DNA of 64,000 bases from Malacoraja senta (taxonomy: Eukaryota), in contig CM075978.1 of NCBI GenBank assembly GCA_038087875.1, positions 33,418,001 to 33,482,000 of the forward strand. Direction: 5' to 3'. A program made the position numbers and the translations under genes. The notes beneath the pieces are model-generated. The model was not told where the DNA came from. It saw nothing but the letters and a program-made list of their open reading frames with translations, and ran no database searches. This document shows positions 1-13,422 of the stretch, piece by piece; position 1 is the stretch's first letter, and every line of letters starts with the position of its first letter.

Positions 1-240
1 ATAGGAACCTGAGGGGCAACTTATTTTACAGAAAGAGTGGTACATATATGGAATGAGCTGCCAGAGGAGGTAGTTGAGGCAGGTACTATCACAACATTTA
101 AAAAACATTTGGACAGGTACATGGATAGGATAGGTTTAGAAAAGGTATAGGCCAAACGTGGGCAGATGTCACTAGCGTGGATAGGGCATGTTGGTCAGCA
201 AGTTGGGCCAGAAGGCCTGTTTCTACGCTGTATGGCTGTA
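1..240 (+). mobile_element. CR1 LINE 3' fragment
   Basis: aggaacctgaggggcaac...tggaatgagctgccagaggaggtagttgaggc...ggcctgttt CR1 3' end. Confidence 0.85.
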
Positions 241-299
241 ATATAGAGACCTAGCCAACGCAATCTCTCCTCCTATTACATCTGAGGAACTTCTCTGGT

Positions 300-610
300 G
301 ACCTTTTGTGACAAAATATCAATTGTGTTGATATATCAATTGTATATACATACCTCTAGAAGATCACCTCTCATCCTCCTGGGCTTCAAGGAATACAGTC
401 CTAGCCTGCCTAACATCTCCCTATAGCTCAATCCCTTAAGTCCTGGCAACATCCTCTGAAATCTTCTCTGCAATCTTTCCAGCTTAACAACTTTTTTTCT
501 ATAGCAGTGACCAAAACAACACAATACTGCAACTGTGGTCTCACCAGTATCTCGTGCAGCTTGCGATCTTGCAAACAATTTAGTTGACATGCATCTCTTC
601 CAAAACAAAA
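300..610 (-). mobile_element. CR1 LINE ORF2 3' fragment
   Basis: Translation KLERLQRRFQRMLPGLKGLSYREMLGRLGLYSL..RRMRGDL. Confidence 0.85.
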
Positions 611-699
611 TACCTTTAGCATAATATGACTAGATCATGGTACTGCCAACTATTATATAGTTATGTGATATCATTTACTGCAACATTATCCCAGAACCC

Positions 700-2000
700 T
701 GTCCTCATCCGTCTTCGCTTTCCATAGTCAACGGGATTCCATCACCAGTCACATCTACCCAGTTCTACTCCTTTCCGATTTCCGTTGAGTCAATATGACC
801 CCACCACCAGTCACATCTTCCTGTCCCCACCCATTCCTGCATTCCATAGAGAGAGATCTTACCGCCTCTAGCAAACTTCCCTCCCCGGCCTCCAACGTTA
901 TCCCTTACTGCTCTTTTCCATCTCCTTCTCAAAATCCACATGTAGGCCCATCGTTTCTGACTGTTCAAGCCTCACTGATCTCCAATTACCTTGATTCTAT
1001 TATGTCCCTCCCTTGTCCTGTTCCTTCCCACCTGCATTGGGACATCACACACGCTCCGTACCACTTTAATAACTTTCAATTCATTGGCCACATCTTTACC
1101 ATGGATGTTCGGTCTCTTTATAACTTATTCCTAAGCAGGAAGACTTGGGGCCCTCCAGTTCTTCCTTGAATAGAAAACCAATCAATTCCCCTTAATTAAC
1201 ACTCTCTTCCGCCTGGCAGATCTTCTCTTCTTAACAGCTTTTTTTTTGACTCCTCATGTTCTTCAAGTCAAAGGCACTAGCATGGGCCCCACCTGGGCCT
1301 GTCATTTTGTTCGTTATACTGATCACTCCTTGTTCCAAACATACCCCAGCACCAATCACCAACACTATATCTGCCACATCAACGATTGCATCAGACCTGC
1401 CTCCTGCACCTCTTCAGAGTCTGAAGAAGGACCTCGACCCAAAATGTCACCCATTCCTTCTCTCCAGAGATGCTGCCTGTTCCGCTGAGTTACTCCAGCA
1501 TTTTGTGTCTATCTTTGATTTAAACCAGCATCTGCAGTTCTTTCCTACACTTCTTCAGAAATTGTTGATTTCATCTACTTTACCATTAACTCCATGCTGC
1601 CCGCTGATGCACATGGTCTATCTCTTATATCTTTCGCCCTTTCTTGATCTCTCTGTCTCCATTACAGGGGACAGACAAACAACTGATGTCTACTACAAAC
1701 CCACTTACTCCCACAATTACCTTGACTATATCTCCTCCCACCCAGCTGCTTTCAAGACCTTATTCCTTTACCTCAATATCTCCATCTCAGCTACATCTGC
1801 CTCCAGGATGAGGCTTTCCACTCTGAGATGCCCTCTCTTCAGTAAACAGGGTTTTCCCCTCTACTGTTGTGGATGGAGCACTCACCCATGTCTCCTCCCA
1901 CTCCCTCCTCCCAGAAAGAACTAGGATAGAGTTTGCGTGGTCGTCATCTTTCATTCCCCCCAGTCTCCGAACCCAACGCATCATTCCCTAACCAGTCTCA
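700..2000 (+). mobile_element. Decayed Penelope-like element, RT region
   Basis: Frameshifted motifs IFTMDVRSLY, LQVKGTSMG, INDCI, PFLDLSVSITGDRQTTDVYYKPTYSHNYLDYISSHP, typical of PLE RT; interrupted by a short PLE-derived unit at 1419-1545. Confidence 0.8.
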
Positions 2001-2122
2001 TGCGGGTTACTGAATTGATAGTCCTGAGACGTGGAGTACTAATCTCGAGACCCAAATTCATATCACCCCACGGCTGTGGAATTTAAATTCAATTAATGAT
2101 CTTGAATGTGAATAAAACAACA

Positions 2123-2393
2123 GGGCAGCACGGTGGTGCAGCAGTAGTGTTGCTGCCTTACAGCACCAGAGACCCGGGTTCGATCCTGACAACGGATATT
2201 GTCTGTAAGGAGTTTGTACTTTCTTCCTGTAACCTGTGCGGGTTTTCTCCGGGATCTCTGGTTTCCTCACACACTCCAAAGACATGCAGGTTTGTAGGGT
2301 AATTGGCTTGGTAAAATTGTAAATTGGCCCCTGTGTGCAGGAATGCTGGTCGGAGCGGACTCGGTGGGCTGTAGCACTAAACTAAACTAAACT
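2123..2393 (+). mobile_element. HE1-type V-SINE (tRNA-derived)
   Basis: A box ggtggtgcagcagta, B box ggttcgatcc, V-domain ggtttcctcacacactccaaagacatgcaggtt, (ACTAA)n tail. Confidence 0.85.
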
Positions 2394-4254
2394 ACTTTTC
2401 TTAATGATAATCATTATCTGAGACAGAATATTTACTATACTGAACTTCATCTGCCACTTCTCTGCTCACTCTCCTAACCTGACAAGTCTTTCTGCAGAGT
2501 CCTTGCTTCCTCTACACTGCCTTCCCCTCCACCTATTTTAGCATCATCTGCAAACTTGGCCACAGAGCCTTCAATCCCCTTGTCCAAATCATTAATATAC
2601 AACGTGAAGAGAACTGACCCTTGCGGAACTGCACTATTCACCTGAAAATCGCCTTTTATTGCAACTCTTTGCCTTCTACCATCCAACCAACCTGCTATCC
2701 ATGCTAGTATCTTCCGTTTAATACCCTGGGCTCTCATCTTCCCTAGCAGCATGATGTGCGGCACCTTATCGAAGGATTTCTGAAAATCTAGGTAAACAAC
2801 ATCTACAGCCTCCCCTCTGTCTGCCCTGCTATTAACTTCCTCAAGGTACTCCAGCAGATTTGTCAGGCAAGATCTTCCCTTCACAAAGCCCTGCTGACTT
2901 CGGCCGATTTTATTGTGACCTTCTAAGTACTCCATAACCTCATCCTTTATAATTGACTTTAAAATCTTACTAACCACCGAAGTCCAGCTAACTGGCCTAT
3001 AGTTTCCGCTCTTCTGCTTTGCTCCCTTCTTGTACAGCGGGGTAATATTTGCATTTTTCCAATCTGCAGGCACTAATTCCAGTAATTCTTAAAATATCAC
3101 ATCTAAAGCCTCCACGATCTCTGAGGGCACCTCCTTCAGAACCCTGAGGTGCAGTACATCCGGTCCAGATGACTTATCCACCCTCAGACCTTTCAGTTTT
3201 CTTAGCACCTTCTCCATAATAATCGCCACTCCAATAACTTCCACCCGCTGACTCTCTAGGATTGCAAGCACTGCTGGTGTCTTCCACTGTGAAGACTAAT
3301 GCAAAAAAGTTATTGAATTCTTCTGCCATTTCTTGATTTCCCGTTATCACTTCTCCTGCATTATTCTCCAGCGGCCCAACGTCCACTCCTGCCTATTTTT
3401 TACTCTTTATATCCGTAGAAACTATTGCTATGTGTAAGAAAGAACTGCAGATGCTGGTATAATCGAAGGTAGACACGAAATGCTGGAGTAAATCAGCAGG
3501 TGAGGCAGCATCTATGGAGAGAAGGAATGGGTGACGTTTCGGGTTGAGACCCCTCTCATCTCTCCGACGCGAGTTTAGCAACATCCTCTCTCACTGCTCC
3601 CCCTCTGTGATTCCTCCTTCCCTCTGACTACAAAACTATTGCTATCTTCTTTTATATTATTGGCTAGCTTACATTCGTACTTCATCTTTTCTCTCGGTAT
3701 TAGTTACCTTTTGTTGTTCTTTAAAAACATCCCAATCCTCTGGCTCCCCACTAATCTTTGCAATGTTATATGCCTGCTCTTTTGCTTTTATGTTGTTCTT
3801 CACCTCCATTGTCAGCCATGGTCATCTTATTCTCCCCCTGGAATCTTTTTCCTCTTTGCAATGAAACGATCTTGCACCTTCCGAATTATCCGCAGATATT
3901 CCTGCCATTGCTGCTCTACCGTCATTCCTACAAAAGCCCCTTTCCAGTCAATCTTTGCCTGCTCCTCCCTCATGCCTCGGTAGTCCCCTTTGCTCAGCTG
4001 TAATACCGACACATCTGATTTCACCTCCTCCTTTTAAATTATAGGTTAAATCTCATCATATTGTGGTCATTACCTCCTAGTGGTTTCTTTACCTCAAGTT
4101 CTCTTATTAAATTTGTTTCATTGCACAACACCAAATCTAGAATTGTCTTATCCCTGATAGATTCACTATAAGCTGCTCTAAAACTCTGTCTTGGAGGCAC
4201 TCTACAAATTCTCTCTCTTGGGGTCCAGAGCCAGCCTGATTCTCCCAGTCTACC

Positions 4255-7200
4255 AGGGACCAATATCCTGGCGGGTAGATTTGCAAAGGCTACTGGGGAG
4301 ACTTTAAACTAGTATGGTTGGGAGGAGGGACTCAAATTGGGAAAGCTAGCAGTCAGTGTGGGAGGCAGGAGGCAGAGAATGGAAGCACTCTGACCCAAAA
4401 TGTAGGGGAGAGAGAAGAAAAAGACAATAAACAGAGAATAAGAGAGGGTGGGTTTCTTAAATGTATATTTTAATGCTAGGAGCATTGTAAGAAAGGTGGA
4501 TGAACTTAAAGCCTGGATTGACACCTGGAAGTATGATGTTGTGGCGATCAGTGAAACATGGTTGCAGGAGGGCTGTGATTGGAAACTAAATATTCCAGGA
4601 TTTCGTTGCTTCAGGTGTGATAGAATTGGAGGGGCAAGAGGTGGAGGTGTTGCATTGCTTATCAGGGAAGATATTACAGCAGTGCTTTGGCAGGATAGAT
4701 TAGAGGGCTCTTCTAGGGAGGCTATTTGGGTGGAACTGAGAAATGGGAAAGGGGTAGCAACACTCACAGGGGTGTATTATAGACCGCCAAATGGGGAGCG
4801 AGAATTGGAAGAGCAAATATGTAAGGAGATTGCAGATATTAGTAGTAAGCACAAGGTAGTGATTGTGGGAGATTTCAATTTTCCACACATAGACTGGGAA
4901 ACACATTCTGTAAATGGGCTGGATGGGTTGGAGTTTGTAAAATGTGTGCAGGATAGTTTTTTGCAGCAATACATAGAAGTACCTACTAGAGAAGGGGCGG
5001 TGCTGGACCTCCTGCTAGGAAATGAGACGGGTCAGGTGGCAGAGGTATGCGTTGGGGAACAGTTCGGGACCAGTGATCACAATACCATTAGTTTCAATAT
5101 AATTATGGAGAGGGTCAGAACTGGACCTAGGGTTGAGATTTTTGATTGGAGAAAGGCTAACTTTGAGGAGATGCGAAAGGATTTAAAAGGAGTAAATTGG
5201 GACAGTTTGTTTTATGGGAAAGATGTGGAAGAGAAATGGAGGACATTTAAAGGTGAAATTTTAAGAGTACAGAATCTTTATGTCCCTGTTCGGTTGAAAG
5301 GAAATAGTAAAAATTGGAAAGAGCCATGGTTTTCAAGGGAAATTGGACACAGTTCAGAAAAAGAGAGATATCTACAATAATTATAGGCAGCATGGAGTAA
5401 ATGAGGTGCTTGAGGAGTATAAAAAATGTAAAAAGAGTCTTAAGAAAGAAATTAGAAAAGCTAAAAGAAGATATGAGGTTGCTTTGGCAAATAAGGTGAA
5501 AGTAAATCCAAAGGGTTTCTACAGCTATATTAATAGCAAAAGGATAACGAGGGATAAAATTGGTCCATTAGAGAGTCAGAGTGGACAGGCAGAGCCAAAA
5601 GAGATGGGGGAGATATTGAACAATTTCTTTTCTTCGGTATTCACCAAGGAGAAGGATATTGAATTATGTGAGGTAAGGGAAACAAGTAGAGTAGCTATGG
5701 AAACTATGAGATTCAAAGAAGAGGAAGTACTGACACTTTTGAGAAATATAAAAGTGGATAAGTCTCCAGGTCCGGACAGGATATTCCCTAGGACATTGAG
5801 GGAAGTTAGTGTAGAAATAGCAGGGGCTATGACAGAAATATTTCAAATGTCATTGGAAACGACAATAGTGCCGGAGGATTGGCGTACTGCGCATGTTGTT
5901 CCATTGTTTAAAAAGGGGTCTAAGAGTAAACCTAGCAATTATAGACCTGTTAGTTTGACGTCAGTGGTGGGCAAATTAATGGAAAGGATACTTAGAGATA
6001 ATATATATAAGCATCTGGATAAACAGGGGCTGATTAGGAACAGTCAACATGGATTTGTGCCTGGAAGGTCATGTTTGACTAATCTTCTTGAATTTTTTGA
6101 AGAGGTTACTCGGGAAATTGATGAGGGTAAAGCCGTGGATGTTGTATATTTGGACTTCAGTAAGGCCTTTGACAAGGTTCCTCACGGAAGGTTGGTTAAG
6201 AAGGTTCAATGGTTGGGTATTAATGGTGGAGTAGCAAGATGGATTCAACAGTGGCTGAATGGGAGATGCCAGAGAGTAATGGTGGATGGTTGTTTGTCAG
6301 GTTGGAGGCCAGTGACTAGTGGGGTGCCACAGGGATCTGTGTTGGGTCCACTGTTGTTTGTCATGTACATCAATGATCTGGTTGATGGTGTGGTAAATTG
6401 GATTAGTAAGTATGCAGATGATACTAAGATAGGTGGGGCTGTGGATAATGAAGTAGATTTTCAAAGTCTACAGAGAGATTTATGCCGGTTGGAAGAGTGG
6501 GCTGAAAGATGGCAGATGGAGTTTAATGCTGATAAGTGTGAGGTGCTACATCTTGGCAGGACAAATCAAAATAGGACGTACATGGTAAATGGTGGGGAAT
6601 TGAAGAATGCAGGTGAACAGAGGGATCTTGGAATAACTGTGCACAGTTCCCTGAAAGTGGAATCTCATGTAGATAGGGTGGTAAAGAAAGCTTTTGGTGT
6701 GCTGGCTTTTATAAATCAGAGCATTGAGTATAGAAGTTGAGATGTAATGTTAAAATTGTACAAGGCATTGGTGAGGCCAATTCTGGAGTATGGTGTACAA
6801 TTTTGGTCGCCTAATTATAGGAAGGATGTCAACAAAATAGAGAGAGTACAGAGGAGATTTACTAGAATGTTGCCTGGGTTTCAACAACTAAGTTACAGAG
6901 AAAGGTTGAACAAGTTAGGGCTTTATTCTTTGGAGCGCAGAAGGTTAAGGGGGGACTTGATAGAGGTCTTTAAAATGATGAGAGGGATAGACAGAGTTGA
7001 CGTGGATAAGCTTTTCCCATTGAGAGTAGGGAAGATTCAAACAAGGGGACATGACTTGAGAATTAAGGGGCAGAAGTTTAGGGGTAACATGAGGGGGAAC
7101 TTCTTTACTCAGAGAGTGGTGGCTGTGTGGAATGAGCTTCAAGTGAAGGTGGTGGAGGCAGGTTAGTTTTTATCATTTAAAAATAAATTGGATAGTTATA

Positions 7201-7337
7201 TGGACGGGAAAGGAATGGAGGGTTATGGTCTGAGCGCAGGTATATGGGACTAGGGGAGAATACGTGTTCGGCACGGACTAGAAGGGTCGAGATGGCCTGT
7301 TTCCGTGCTGTAATTGTTATATGGTTATATGGTTATA
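4255..7337 (+). mobile_element. Younger 5'-truncated CR1 LINE with nearly complete ORF2 (APE + RT), inactivated
   Basis: ORF2 4448-7166 with a frameshift near 5345 and a TGA at 6738-6740; YADD motif; (TTATATGG)n tail; flanked by TACC/TACC (4251-4254, 7338-7341). Confidence 0.95.
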
Positions 7338-8460
7338 TACCTGCATATTGAAATCTCCCATTACCACCGTAGCATTGCCTTTCCTACACGCCAATTTTAT
7401 TTCCTGATGCAACTTGTACCCTATATCCTGGCTACTGTTTGGGGGCCTGTAAATAACTCCCATTAGAGTATTTTTACCCATGCAGTTTTTCAGCTCTACC
7501 CACACAGACTCTACGTCTTCTTATCCTATGTCACTCTTTGCTAAGGACTGAATTTCATTCCTTACCGACAGTGCTACCCCAACCCCCTCTGCCCACCTGT
7601 CCTTGCGATAGGATGTGTAGCCTTGAATATTTAGCTCCCAGTTCCGATCCTCTTGTAGCCATGTCTCTGTAACGCCTACAACAATTTCCAACTGTGCTAC
7701 AAGCTCACCCACTTTGTTCCTTATGCTACCTGCATTCAAATATAATACCTTCAATTCAGTATTGCCCACCCCTCCTCTCACAACCATCCCGATTTTACCC
7801 AACCTTACTCTCTTCCCTCTTTTTAAACTTTCTGTCTTGTTATTGCTAGAGACTTCTGTGACCTTTCCTGTACTCTCTTTCCCGTTAACTCCACGCATAC
7901 ATTTCCACATTGTTGACCCCACCCCCCTACTATTTAGTTTAAACCCACCCATGTAGCATTAACAAACCTCCTTGCCAAATGTTGGTCCCGCTCCAGTTAA
8001 GGTGCAACCAGTCCCTTTTGTACAGGTTACCTCTGCCCCAGAAGAGATCCCGGTGGTCCAGAAATCTAAATCCCTGCCCCTGCACCAACTCCTCAGCCAC
8101 AGATTCAGCTCCCCTATCTCTCTGTTCCTACCCTCATTAGCACGAGGTACTGGAAGCAAATCAGAGATAACTACCCTGTAGGTGTAGGAAAGAACAGCAG
8201 ATATTGGTTTAAATTGACGGTAGACACAAAATGCTGGAGTAACTCAGCAGGACAAGCAGTATCTCTGGAGAGAAGGAATGGATGACGTTTTGGGTCTACC
8301 CTGTAAGTCCTGCTTTTCAGCCTCCTTCCTAATTATCTGTACTCACTTTGCAGAACCTCCTTCCTCTTCTTACCTATGTCATTTGTGCCTACATGCACAA
8401 CTACTTCCGGCTGCTCCCCTTCCCTCTTGAGGATGTCCAGCAATCGGTCTGAGACATCTT

Positions 8461-8990
8461 AGGAAGGACATTATTGCCATAGAGGGAGTGCAGAGAAGGT
8501 TCACCAGACTGATTCCTGGGATGTCAGGACTGTCTTATGAAGAAAGACTGGATAGACTTGGTTTATACTCTCTAGAATTTAGGAGATTGAGAGGGGATCT
8601 TATAGAAACTTACAAAATTCTTAAGGGGTTGGACAGGCTAGATGCAGGAAGATTGCTCCCGATGTTGGGGAAGTCCAGGACAAGGGGTCACAGCTTAAGG
8701 ATAAGGGGGAAATCCTTTAAAACCGAGATGAGAAGAACTTTTTTCACACAGAGAGTGGTGAATCTCTGGAACTCTCTGCCACAGAGGGTAGTCGAGGCCA
8801 GTTCATTGGCTATATTTAAGAGGGAGCTAGATGTGGCCCTTGTGGCTAAAGGGATCAGAGGGTATGGAGAGAAGGCAGGTACGGGATACTGAGTTGGATG
8901 ATCAGCCATGATCATATTGAATGGTGGTGCAGGCTCGAAGGGCCGAATGGCCTACTCCTGCACCTAATTTCTATGTTTCTATGTTTCTAT
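8461..8990 (+). mobile_element. CR1 3' fragment inserted in ORF1 of the older CR1
   Basis: QRRFTRLIPG...RVVNLWNSLP; (TTTCTATG)n tail; ATCTTAG repeated at both junctions. Confidence 0.9.
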
Positions 8991-9582
8991 CTTAGACCCT
9001 GGCACCAGGGAGGCAACACACCATCTTTGCCATAGAGGGAGTGCAGAGAAGGTTCACCAGACTGATTCCTGGGATGTCAGGACTGTCTTATGAAGAAAGA
9101 CTGGATAGACTTGGTTTATACTCTCTAGAATTTAGGAGATTGAGAGGGGATCTTATAGAAACTTACAAAATTCTTAAGGGGTTGGACAGGCTAGATGCAG
9201 GAAGATTGCTCCCGATGTTGGGGAAGTCCAGGACAAGGGGTCACAGCTTAAGGATAAGGGGGAAATCCTTTAAAACCAAGATGAGAAGAACTTTTTTCAC
9301 ACAGAGAGTGGTGAATCTCTGGAACTCTCTGCCACAGAGGGTAGTCGAGGCCAGTTCATTGGCTATATTTAAGAGGGAGCTAGATGTGGCCCTTGTGGCT
9401 AAAGGGATCAGAGGGTATGGAGAGAAGGCAGGTACGGGATACTGAGTTGGATGATCAGCCATGATCATATTGAATGGCGGTGCAGGCTCGAAGGGCCGAA
9501 TGGCCTACTCCTGCACCTAATTTCTATGTTTCTATGTTTCTATCTTAGACCCTGGCACCAGGGAGGCAACACACCATCTTTG
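8474..9582 (+). repeat. 553-bp tandem duplication (8474-9026 / 9027-9579)
   Basis: Two near-identical copies of CR1 tail + host flank; TTG microhomology at the junction; only two differences seen. Confidence 0.95.
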
Positions 9583-10084
9583 AGTCTCGCCTGTTGAACA
9601 ACACTTGTTGAGCAACCTGGAAATATCCTATTCACGAAAACAGGACACATCCAATTCATATAATTATTGCCCTGTTAGTTGTTAGCACAATGAAACTGTT
9701 GTCAACAAGGCAGTTATCAACAACAGGCATGAGATTTCTCCGCGGATTTTGAAATTCGTTAAAAAAGATCTAAATCTCTATATATGGCTTTCTGCGAGAT
9801 AGTGGGGGTGGGACTGATGATCGATGGCGCCGATTGGACGAGAAGGACGTCGGTCAGCAGGCAGTGGGGGAGCGGGACATGATGATTCAGCACGATTGGA
9901 GGAGGGAGGCGTCCGGGGGCGGGACAAGGCGTGGCCTGGTGGGGCAGGGCCAGGGGGACGGCAGCGGGAGAGTGGGCACTGGGCTGGGAAAGGCTGGGGC
10001 GTGGCTGCAGGGCCGGGGCCTTGTCGGTGAGAATGAGCGTTTTAAAGCAAGTAGAGGGAGTGTGTTTGAGCCCTGGTGTGCAGA

Positions 10085-10480
10085 GGGGGTAGTCTCTGTG
10101 AGTGTGAGTAAAGGTGAGGGGAAGTCCCTGTGAGTGAGCAGTGAGGGGGTCTATGTGAGTGAGCAAGGGTGAGGGGTTTCGTGTGAGCAGTGTTGGGGTC
10201 CCTGTGAGTGTGAGCAAAGGTAAGGGGGGGGGGCGGGTTCCCTGTGAGTGTGAGCAGTGATGGGATCCCTGTGAGTGAGCAAAGGTGGGGGGTTTCCTGT
10301 GAGTGTGAGCAGTGAGGGGGTCCCTGTGAGTGAGCAAATGTAGGGGGTTTCTTGTGAGTGTGAGCAGTGAGGGGGACCCTGTGAGTATGAGCAAAGGTAA
10401 GGTGGGTGGGGGGGGGGGGGGTCCCTGTGAGTGTGAGCAGTGAGGGGTTCCCTGTGAGTGGGGAAGACCCTGCGAGAAAT
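10085..10480. repeat. Minisatellite, about 30-bp unit (gggtccctgtgagtgtgagcagtgag / gagcaaaggt variants)
   Basis: About 12 degenerate tandem copies; explains the Pro/His-rich spurious ORF 9759-10520. Confidence 0.85.
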
Positions 10481-11209
10481 TAAAGGTAAACAGGCAAGAA
10501 GGTGTCATTTCAAGGTACAATTATTTAAAAAAATCCCCTGGACCCCCATATCTCTTCCTCTTTTTTCAGTTTTTTTCCTGTCTCATGCCTGCAATAACCT
10601 GCCGATTGATGCTCAGCTCTACCAGGGTAATAGGGTAAAAGTTCAGACCTCATCACAGCCTTGATCTAAACATTGACCAAAGATGTGAATTCTAGAGGGG
10701 AGAGCGACGGGCCTTGACATCAAGGCAGCATTTGATCAAGTGTGGCCTCAAGGCGCCCTTGAAAAAACTGAAAATTGAAAGGGAAAATGTCAAATAAAGG
10801 ACGATGGTTGTGGTTGTCGGAGGTCCGTCATCCTAGCCATGGCACTTTACTATGGAAGTTCCTTGGAAACATTACCCTGGCGCAGTCATCTCAAGAGTTA
10901 AGAGTCGAGAGTCAATAGTGTTTTATTGTCATGTGTCCCAGATAGAACAGTGAAATTCTTTCTTGCAGCAGCACAACAATATGTAATCATTAATATACAT
11001 TCCAAACAAGAGGGCCATCCACATACACCAGTGAATAACATTGGCCACAGACCATCACTTAGAAAAGCACCCCGACACCACTATCCTCTGGCGTCATGAC
11101 CAAACCAATTTTGTATCCAATTTACCAACACGCTGCGGATCACATGTGTCGTTATAGATCAGTCCACTATGCGGAATCTTGTCAAATGCTTGGGACTAGT
11201 GTAGATGGG

Positions 11210-11352
11210 ACATAGAAACATAGACAATAGGTGCAGGAGGAGGCCATTCGGCCCTTTAGAGCCTGCACCGCCATTCAATATGATCATGGCTGATCATCCA
11301 AAATCAGTACCCCGTTCCTGCTTTCTCCCCATATCCCATGATTCCGTTAGCC
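11210..11352 (-). mobile_element. CR1 3' tail fragment
   Basis: catagaaacatagacaataggtgcaggaggaggccattcggccc. Confidence 0.8.
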
Positions 11353-11359
11353 CGAAGAC

Positions 11360-12005
11360 ATCAAGAGTCAGGAGAGTTTTAATGTCATGTGTCCCAGATA
11401 GGACAATGAAATTCTTACTTGCTGCAGCACAACAGAATATGTAAACATAATATAAAACGGAAGATAAAAGTTCAGTGTGTCAATAGACAGACCATATATA
11501 CACAATAAATAAACAGATATAGTGCAATAATAATAATAGACTGTTATTGTTCAGAGCTTATTTGATGTTGTGTTTAATAGCCTGATTAGATTAGATTTTA
11601 TTACTTATCATTTGAACCTCAGAGAGGCTCAAATGAAACTCTGTGGGGAAGAAGCTGTTCCAGAACCTGGATGTTACAGATTTCAGGCTCCTGTAGCTTC
11701 TTCCCGATGGCAGGATGGTGTGGATCTTTGATGATGTTGGCAGCCTTTTTTAAGCAGCGACTGCGATAGATCCCTTCGATGGTGGGGAGGTCAGAGCCGG
11801 TGATGGACTGGTCACAACTTTCAGTAGTCTTTTCCGCTCCTGGACGTTCAAGTTGCTGAACCAGGCCACGATGCAGCCAGTCAGTATGCTCTCTACTGTG
11901 CACCTGTAAAAGTTCGAGAGAGTCCTCTTTGACATACCGACTCTCCGTAATCTTCTCAGGAAGTAGAGGCGCTGATGTGCCTTCTTTATATTTGCATCAG
12001 TGTGC
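11360..12005 (-). mobile_element. Rex1/Babar-type LINE 3' fragment
   Basis: [33 protein letters not shown]; same family as 57856-59040. Confidence 0.85.
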
Positions 12006-12845
12006 TTATAGCTGCTTCATCAGTAAGATGAGAAGTGGGGCATTTGCAAATGACTGTGCAAATGTTTAATTCCATTCACAACTTCTCAGCAAATTATTAT
12101 AAGGTCATAAACTCATAAGTGATAGGAGCAGAACTAGGCCATTCAGCCCATCAAGTCTACTCTGCCATTCAATCGTGGCTGATCTATCTATCCCCCCTAA
12201 CCCTAATGTTATGCAGCTCATTCCTACATGCTGCAAGACCCAGCCAACAGTAAGTGGCAATTAAATTGTGCTCTATAACTTGGGCTGTAAGTGGCAATTA
12301 AATTGTGCTCTACTAAAATGCTAAGCAATAACCATTTCAAACAAGAGAGAATCTAATCACTTGCCCTTTATGTTTATTGATATTATTATCACTGACCTCC
12401 CCACCATTCTGGGGGTCACCATTGACCAGGAACCCAACCGGTACAGTCACACAATTACCATGGGATTACAATAGCAGGTCTAAGATTGGGTATCCTGCAG
12501 ATAGAGTGATTGACCTCTTGATACACCCAAGGCATTTCCACCATCTCTACAAGGAACAAATCAGGTGTTTGATGCAATATTCTCCACATATCAATGTATG
12601 CAGCCCCAAACTACCTCTAAAAAAGTTTGACACAATGCAGGAAAGAGCAGGCTGTTATTTGGAACCTCATCGACCATCCTAAACATTAATTCCCTCCGCC
12701 ACCATCATAAACTGGGTGTAGTATGTACCATTTACAAAAAGCACCAGTTGTTCACCTGCTCTACACCTCCCAAACTCAACCTTTCCCAACAAAGACAAAG
12801 GCAGTAAGTCCATGGGCACAATAACACCTGCAAATTCCTTCCTAA

Positions 12846-13135
12846 TGGGCCTATCCCACTTAGGCAATTTTTTAGCCACTACAGGCGACTAATTTGTCGC
12901 CACATGTTCATTGGTGGTCGCCGGAGTAGTCTCCTCAGTCGCGCAAAAAGCTGTAACGTCTTTCTGGTCGCCGCTAAATTGTCAACATGTTGAAAAATTT
13001 TCGGCGACAGTAGGTTTGACGCCAATGAGCGTAGCTTGACTTCTCCTGATGTAGGTTGTCGCGGTTTTCAGCGACCTGCTACGACAATGACAGTCCCAGC
13101 AGTTGCCTAAAAAATCGCCAAATGGGATAGGCCCA
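12846..13135. mobile_element. PIF/Harbinger-type MITE
   Basis: TIR tgggcctatccca...tgggataggccca flanked by TAA/TTA; gtcgcc-rich interior shared with 27885-28517. Confidence 0.8.
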
Positions 13136-13213
13136 TTAGTCGCATACCATCCTGACTGAGGAATTTATTTGCAACATATGTTTGCAATTTTGTATCTCAT
13201 TGTGACAATACTA

Positions 13214-13422
13214 TTAGACAATAGACAATAGGTGCAGGAGTAGGCCATTCGGCCCTTCGAGCCAGCACCGCCATTCAATGTGATCATGGCTGATCATCCC
13301 TAATCCAGTTCCTCGTTCCAGCCTTCTCCCCCATATACCCTGACTCCGCTATTTTTAAGAGCCCTATCTAGCTCTCCCATGAAAGCATCCAGAGAACCTG
13401 CCTCACCGCCCTCTGAGGCAGA
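13214..13422 (-). mobile_element. CR1 3' fragment
   Basis: (TAGACAA)n tail, ggccattcggcccttcgagccagcacc. Confidence 0.85.

Larger units (their letters stand above)
2420..9597 (-). mobile_element. Old CR1 LINE (ORF1 esterase, APE endonuclease, RT) split by nested insertions
   Basis: Minus-strand pieces 2420-4254, 7338-8460, 8990-9026, 9543-9597: MVCCLPGARV (ORF1), YLNAGSIRNK/VTETWL/VMGDFN (APE), YLDFQKSFDKV, PQGSVL, KFADD (RT). Confidence 0.9.

Noticed and set aside
2123-2200. tRNA genes at SINE heads (also 39340, 63310)
   Set aside because: A/B boxes are followed by a V-domain and LINE-like tail, so these are SINEs rather than tRNAs.
10085-10480. CRISPR-like array (also 60430-60900)
   Set aside because: Eukaryotic context, degenerate tandem units without unique spacers, no cas genes.
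9759-10520. 253-aa Pro/His/Thr-rich ORF
   Set aside because: Translation of a minisatellite; no domain or splice support.
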